DNA from: Chthoniobacteraceae bacterium
GTDB lineage: Bacteria; Verrucomicrobiota; Verrucomicrobiia; Chthoniobacterales; Chthoniobacteraceae
Direction: 5' to 3'
Assembly: GCA_031409335.1 (NCBI GenBank)
Contig: JANNWY010000002.1
Coordinates: 1-64,000, forward strand
DNA length: 64,000 bases
Below are positions 59,442 through 64,000 of the stretch, in pieces. Made by a program: the position numbers and the translations under genes. How positions within the stretch are numbered: position 1 is the first letter of the stretch; each line of letters opens with the position of its first letter. The notes beneath the pieces are model-generated. The model did no database searches, was not told where the DNA came from, and was given only the letters and a program-made list of their open reading frames with translations.

Positions 59442-59535
59442 ACGCCGAAGGCTCTCGGACTGCGGTGATTCCTTCAGCGCTCTTGCCATGCGAAAGCTGC
59501 GGAGGAACCGCAGCAGTCCAAAGCCTTCGGCGTCA
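59442..59535. repeat. Palindromic REP-like element, family A copy 3
   Basis: ACGCCGAAGGCTCTCGGACTGCGGTGATTCCTTCAGCGCT...GCAGTCCAAAGCCTTCGGCGTCA. Confidence 0.85.
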
Positions 59536-59540
59536 CGAAT

Positions 59541-60071
59541 TCAGACCTCTCGCAAAATAAAATCCACCGCCTCCGCGAAGTCCGTCGCGACAAACGTCGC
59601 CGCCACGCCATTCGCCCCCGCACCCTCGCCCGTCCGCACGAGAATCGACCGCACGCCCGCGCGCACGCCCGCCTCCACGTCGCCCGTGCGATCGCCCACC
59701 ATCCACGAGTGCGCGAGGTCGAGCGAGAGGTCGCGGGCCGCTTCCAGCAGCATCCCCGGCCCCGGCTTGCGCCGCTCGCCCGCGGTGTCCGGATGGTCCG
59801 CGCAGAAATACGTGGCGTCGATCAAGCCATCGCCCAGCACTTCCAGCACGCGCGCATTCACCCGCTCGAAATCCGCCACGGTAAAATATCCACGCCCGAT
59901 GCCGCTCTGATTTGTGACGATCACCGTCTTAAACCCGCGCGCTTTCAAACGAGCGAGCGCCGCCGCCACGCCCGGATAAACCTCCACGAGCGCCGGATCG
60001 CCGACGTAACCCGGGTCGTGCATGAGCGTGCCGTCGCGATCGAGGAAGACGGCGCGTGTGAGTGAATTCAT
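59541..60071 (-). CDS. gmhB: HAD-IIIA phosphatase, D-glycero-D-manno-heptose 1,7-bisphosphate phosphatase-like
   Basis: FLDRDGT, VTNQSGIGRG, RKPGPGM, MVGDR-x-x-D. Confidence 0.8.
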   Translation of the reverse strand: MNSLTRAVFLDRDGTLMHDPGYVGDPALVEVYPGVAAALARLKARGFKTVIVTNQSGIGRGYFTVADFERVNARVLEVLGDGLIDATYFCADHPDTAGERRKPGPGMLLEAARDLSLDLAHSWMVGDRTGDVEAGVRAGVRSILVRTGEGAGANGVAATFVATDFAEAVDFILREV

Positions 60072-60078
60072 CGCGAGA

Positions 60079-60106
60079 ATTATAGACTGCGAAGCAAGCA
60101 CGCCAA
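60079..60106 (-). promoter_or_regulatory. Putative sigma70 promoter (leaderless) for the gmhB-like gene
   Basis: TTGGCG-N16-TATAAT, 7 nt upstream of ATG. Confidence 0.6.
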
Positions 60107-60162
60107 AGTTTTCCCGCCGCTCAGGCTTGTGAAGATACCGCACGTTCAACTACCGAATCATC

Positions 60163-61500
60163 ATGTCCCTCTCCCGTCGCTCCTTCCTCCAGCAACTCGC
60201 CGCCGGTGCCGCCACCGCCCCTTTCATCACGCGCGGCCTGCGCGCCCAATCGCCGAACGGCAAAATCCGCCATGCCACTTTCGGCGCATCGGGAATGGGG
60301 TGGGCCGATGTGACGGCCATCGCCGGGCATCCGGCGATCGAGGTCGTCGCGGCGTGCGACGTGGATGAAAAGCGCGCCGCGGAGTTTCGCAAAAAATTCC
60401 CCGACGCGCGCATTTACACCGACTACCGCGAGCTGCTCGACAAGGAGAAGGATTTGCAAACGGTGAACGTCTCGACGCCCGACCACATGCACGCGCCGAT
60501 TGGCATGAGCGCGATGCAACGCGGGCTGCACGTCTATGGCCAGAAGCCGCTCACGCACGGTATTTTTGAAACGCGCCGCCTCACCGAATTTGCGCGCGAG
60601 AAAAAGCTCGTGACGCAGATGGGCATCCAGATTCACAGCAGCACCGAGTATCGCACTGCCGTGATGATGGTGCAGGCGGGCGCGATCGGGAAGATCAAGG
60701 AAGTCCACACCTGGAGCAGCAAGACGTGGGGCGACACTGGCGCGATGCCGGAGAAGACCGATCCGGTGCCGGAGGGATTGGATTGGGACAAGTGGCTCGG
60801 CGTTTCCGCGGAGCGCCCGTTCATCGGAGGCGGCTGGTATCATCCGGGAAACTGGCGGCGTCGGCTCGATTTCGGCACGGGCACTTTCGGCGACATGGGC
60901 TGCCACATTTACGATCCCGTTTTCAAAGCACTCGCGCTCACCGCACCGATCACCGTCCGCAGCGAGGGAGCCGCGCCGAATGCGCATTCGTGGGCGACGG
61001 ACGCGATCATCAAATACGTTTTCCCAGGCACTGAATACACGGACGGCAAGACCGTCGCGGTGACGTGGTACGACGGAAAGCAACGCCCGCCTGCCGAAAT
61101 CCAAGCTCTCGCGACCGACCCATCTCAGACCGACGAGAAGAAGAAAGCCCTGCCAGACCAAGGCAGCATCTTTATCGGCACGAAAGGCGTGATGCTGCTC
61201 CCGCACATCGCCCAGCCAAAACTGTTCGGTGAAGCGAAGGGCGCGACCTTTGACAAGGAAGACGGCGAAGATCACTGGCATCAATTCGTCAACGCCGTGC
61301 AAGGCCAGGGGAAACCGGGCGCAAATTTCGAATACGCCGGCCCGCTCACTGAAGCCGTCCTGCTTGGTTCCGTCGCCACACGTTTCCCGATGACCACGCT
61401 GGATTGGGACGCCGCTGCGCTGAAATTCACGAACACCGCGGAGGCTGATGCGTTTGTCCGCCGGGCGTATCGCAAAGGTTGGGAAGTCGCCGGACTGTAG
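60163..61500 (+). CDS. Tat-exported Gfo/Idh/MocA oxidoreductase
   Basis: SRRSFL, STPDHMH, YGQKPL, TQMG-x-Q, GDMGCH. Confidence 0.9.
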   Translation: MSLSRRSFLQQLAAGAATAPFITRGLRAQSPNGKIRHATFGASGMGWADVTAIAGHPAIEVVAACDVDEKRAAEFRKKFPDARIYTDYRELLDKEKDLQTVNVSTPDHMHAPIGMSAMQRGLHVYGQKPLTHGIFETRRLTEFAREKKLVTQMGIQIHSSTEYRTAVMMVQAGAIGKIKEVHTWSSKTWGDTGAMPEKTDPVPEGLDWDKWLGVSAERPFIGGGWYHPGNWRRRLDFGTGTFGDMGCHIYDPVFKALALTAPITVRSEGAAPNAHSWATDAIIKYVFPGTEYTDGKTVAVTWYDGKQRPPAEIQALATDPSQTDEKKKALPDQGSIFIGTKGVMLLPHIAQPKLFGEAKGATFDKEDGEDHWHQFVNAVQGQGKPGANFEYAGPLTEAVLLGSVATRFPMTTLDWDAAALKFTNTAEADAFVRRAYRKGWEVAGL

Positions 61501-61539
61501 GAGTAGCTGCGACGGGGGCGTCGCAGCCACGAGCTACTC
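61501..61539. terminator. Hairpin between convergent genes (possible bidirectional terminator)
   Basis: GCTGCGAC-GGGGGC-GTCGCAGC stem, with GAGTAGCT/AGCTACTC outer repeats; no U-tract. Confidence 0.4.
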
Positions 61540-64000
61540 CTTCGGCGGATCGATCTCCTTCACCGCCGCGCCGTGCGTTTCGCTCAGCACGAGGATTGCG
61601 ATCTTCGCCACTTCGTTTAGCTCGTTCGGCCGCAGCATTTGGTAGTCGAGGCTCTTCCCGTCGATTGGTCGCGGTTGCGGTGAGGGCGGCACGGCGCCGT
61701 CGGTGCTATTCAGGCTCGCGTAGTCGAACTTCCCGCGCAGGTCCGTGTAGCCGTCTTTGAAAAAGCGCACCGTGCCGTTCTTCAGGCGCGCGTAGACTTT
61801 CACGTAAGCCTTGCTCACCGGCTTGTCCGCGGCCTGGTCACGCAGTTCGAGACGGCCGTAGCTTTCAGACAGCGTGAGCTTGAATGTATTGGCGTGATAC
61901 GCTTGGGCCTTGCGCTGGCCTGCGCCGAGGATTTCCACAAGCACGTTCGCCTTCGCAAATTCTCCTGGCAGCGGAATGTCGAGCACGTCCTTGCCTTCGG
62001 GCAAAGCCTGCGTCGCGGTGCGCGTGGGTTTGATGATCGAGAAACGCGCCGGATCTTCGCTCACGAATGGGCTGCTGCTGAACAGGAACTCGGGGTCCAT
62101 CAGGTAATAGTTCACAGTGACCTTGCGCAGATTTTTCCAAGTCAACGCGATCGACCGATTCTCCACTTTGAAATCGAACGCCGGCTCCGCCGCCGCGAGT
62201 TCGGCCTGCTGTTTTTCGCGATCCGGCTTGTCGCCAGCACGCGCCACTTTCTTGCCTTCGATCTCATCGATCTGTGCGCTGGCTTCGGCGAAAATCGCGC
62301 GCCAGCGGTCCACGGGATAGTCACTGTATTGCGCCACGATCGCTCGCGCATCGGCCAGCTTCTCTTCGTAGAACGCGGCATAGGTGCGGAAGTAATCGTG
62401 CTGCAATTTCGTAGCTAGGGCTTCAGCCCTAATACCCTGAAAGCGCGCCAGCGCCTCCTCGACGCGATCTTGCAAAAACAGAAAGTACACCACGCTCATG
62501 TCATCCATCGCCGCCAGCGTCGGCTTGTAAGCGAGGATATTCAGCAAGTGCTGGTATTGCTCGCGAAAGACCGGGTTCGCGATCTTTGGTTCCGCGCCGA
62601 GGCGATGGGTGCGCTGATTCACGAGCGGCGAGTATTCGAGGTGTTCGTAGGCGCGACGTTCGATCGGGTCGATCGTCACGAGCTTCGTATCCAGCCACGC
62701 GCCGCATTGCGCGAGGAAGTCATCGCGATGCCGCAGCCATTCGCCCAGCGCCGCCTTGTCATTGTGGACCACGCCATAGCTGTAGATCACATCGCTATAC
62801 AGATGCCGCTTCTCGATCGTCGCGATGAGCCGGCGGAAAAAATCCACGCCCTTCCGCGCCCGCCACGCCACACGCTCCAGGTCCAGTCGCTCGATGTTGT
62901 TCTGCTCGATGAACGTCCACACCTCCTCGTCGCCGCCATATTGCGAGATGTAATCCCACGATGCCTTATCGACCTGCGAGAGCTGCTTCACGACTTTGAA
63001 AGTCGTCGCCTTCGCCGCACCAGCGCTCTTTCCGGCGAGACTGACATTTAGCGGGAAATGCGGGAACGCCGCGTCCTTCGCCGATGGCGCGGGGAAGTAG
63101 AAATGATATTCGAGCTGCTGCGTGGTGTAAGGCTCCAGTCGCACGAAACGGCTGCGCGTCGCCTTGCTGCCGAGCACCGGCAGCGCGCCCTGCGGGATCT
63201 GCGTGAGCAGATCGAGCTTCAGCGGCGTGGACGTCGGATTCGTGATCACGAGCTGCGCGCCATACACGACGCCGCTCAGGAATTCATCCGTCACAAACTT
63301 GTCAAACTTCTCATTCCCCTCCTGCCGGTAGCGGTCGCCCTGGCGGAAAAAGTTTTCGCTCACGAGCAGCGCGGGCGCACCGTCGGGTTTCGCGTCGGCG
63401 GGTTTGATCTGTTTGTGGAAAACGATCACCGGCCCAGCCGCCGTGAGCGTGAACGAATTCTTCTCGGTCTTCGTCGTGTGCTTCGGCGCGTCGAACGGCA
63501 GATCGATCACCGCGAGCGCGAGCATCATCTCGGTGAAATTGCGATGCGCCTCCGCGATGTTCGCCGAGAGGAAAGGCACCTTGCCGTCCCAAGCCGCAAA
63601 GTCGCGCCAGAAGCCGTTGATCGTCACCAGTTCCGCGTTCTGTTGCTCGATCGGCAGTTGGTAATAATTGTTCTCCGCCCATTCCTTCGTTGGCCCGAGA
63701 CGCCGGAAGTAAGCCTGCTGCGCGGCGAGCCCTCGCTGTTGCTTCGCGATGTCCATATCGAAGAACTCATTTGCGCCACCCAATCCGCCGGAAAACCGAT
63801 CGGCCGATTTGCGTTTTTCAACGACACTGAGCGCTTCCGTTTCCGCCAGTTTCGACTCCAAACCGAGAGCCACCACGTCTTTGCCCGACTTGTCGGCCAG
63901 TTGTTCCACGACTGCGCCTCTCTTCATCAAACGGCCCATCGCCGTGGCAGCCGCGGGTTTCGCTGGATCATGTGGAGCAGGCGCGGCGGGCGCGTCCGCC
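61534..64000 (-). CDS. Large hypothetical protein, 5' end outside the window
   Basis: Frame stays open to the window edge; host-like codon usage; C-terminal YVKVYAR...FFKDGYTDLRGKFDYASL. Confidence 0.8.
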   Translation of the reverse strand, partial: ADAPAAPAPHDPAKPAAATAMGRLMKRGAVVEQLADKSGKDVVALGLESKLAETEALSVVEKRKSADRFSGGLGGANEFFDMDIAKQQRGLAAQQAYFRRLGPTKEWAENNYYQLPIEQQNAELVTINGFWRDFAAWDGKVPFLSANIAEAHRNFTEMMLALAVIDLPFDAPKHTTKTEKNSFTLTAAGPVIVFHKQIKPADAKPDGAPALLVSENFFRQGDRYRQEGNEKFDKFVTDEFLSGVVYGAQLVITNPTSTPLKLDLLTQIPQGALPVLGSKATRSRFVRLEPYTTQQLEYHFYFPAPSAKDAAFPHFPLNVSLAGKSAGAAKATTFKVVKQLSQVDKASWDYISQYGGDEEVWTFIEQNNIERLDLERVAWRARKGVDFFRRLIATIEKRHLYSDVIYSYGVVHNDKAALGEWLRHRDDFLAQCGAWLDTKLVTIDPIERRAYEHLEYSPLVNQRTHRLGAEPKIANPVFREQYQHLLNILAYKPTLAAMDDMSVVYFLFLQDRVEEALARFQGIRAEALATKLQHDYFRTYAAFYEEKLADARAIVAQYSDYPVDRWRAIFAEASAQIDEIEGKKVARAGDKPDREKQQAELAAAEPAFDFKVENRSIALTWKNLRKVTVNYYLMDPEFLFSSSPFVSEDPARFSIIKPTRTATQALPEGKDVLDIPLPGEFAKANVLVEILGAGQRKAQAYHANTFKLTLSESYGRLELRDQAADKPVSKAYVKVYARLKNGTVRFFKDGYTDLRGKFDYASLNSTDGAVPPSPQPRPIDGKSLDYQMLRPNELNEVAKIAILVLSETHGAAVKEIDPPKE

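Noticed and set aside
10072..59535. Repeats as a CRISPR array or integron attC sites
   Set aside because: Dispersed, no regular spacers, no cas or integrase gene, no clear attC core sites.

Overview
High-GC bacterial chromosomal window. The gene content (DUF1501, DUF1549/DUF1553, planctomycete-type cytochrome c-WD40, CotH/lamin-tail proteins, short HemA) suggests a PVC-superphylum organism, most likely Verrucomicrobiota; this is inference. It starts with the 3' end of an IS630-like element. It then carries hrpA, ccsA-like/hemA/hemC, purB, a polysaccharide deacetylase, pyc, a DUF1501/DUF1549-1553/PPC/WD40-cytochrome c operon, a sulfatase, alpha-2-macroglobulin and pbpC, rhaA plus a sugar ABC transporter, sucCD, a CotH-like protein, a BlaI/BlaR1(M56) pair, a gmhB-like phosphatase, two Gfo/Idh/MocA oxidoreductases and a large hypothetical gene cut by the window end. 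The most notable observations are: (1) an acyl-carrier-protein/FGE-sulfatase-fold fusion gene wedged between the A2M gene and pbpC; (2) several families of 100-210 bp palindromic elements, three of which lie in open reading frames of coding genes; (3) a BlaR1-like sensor with HEAT, ExbD-like and TPR-like domains and a tandem operator upstream of blaI; (4) small cargo genes splitting conserved operons; (5) a small ORF behind a sigma54-like promoter; (6) apparent leaderless genes; (7) local G-versus-C skew blocks. No rRNA, tRNA or CRISPR array was seen. Product calls come from motifs recognised by eye, not from database searches. Many start codons were moved from the ORF track.
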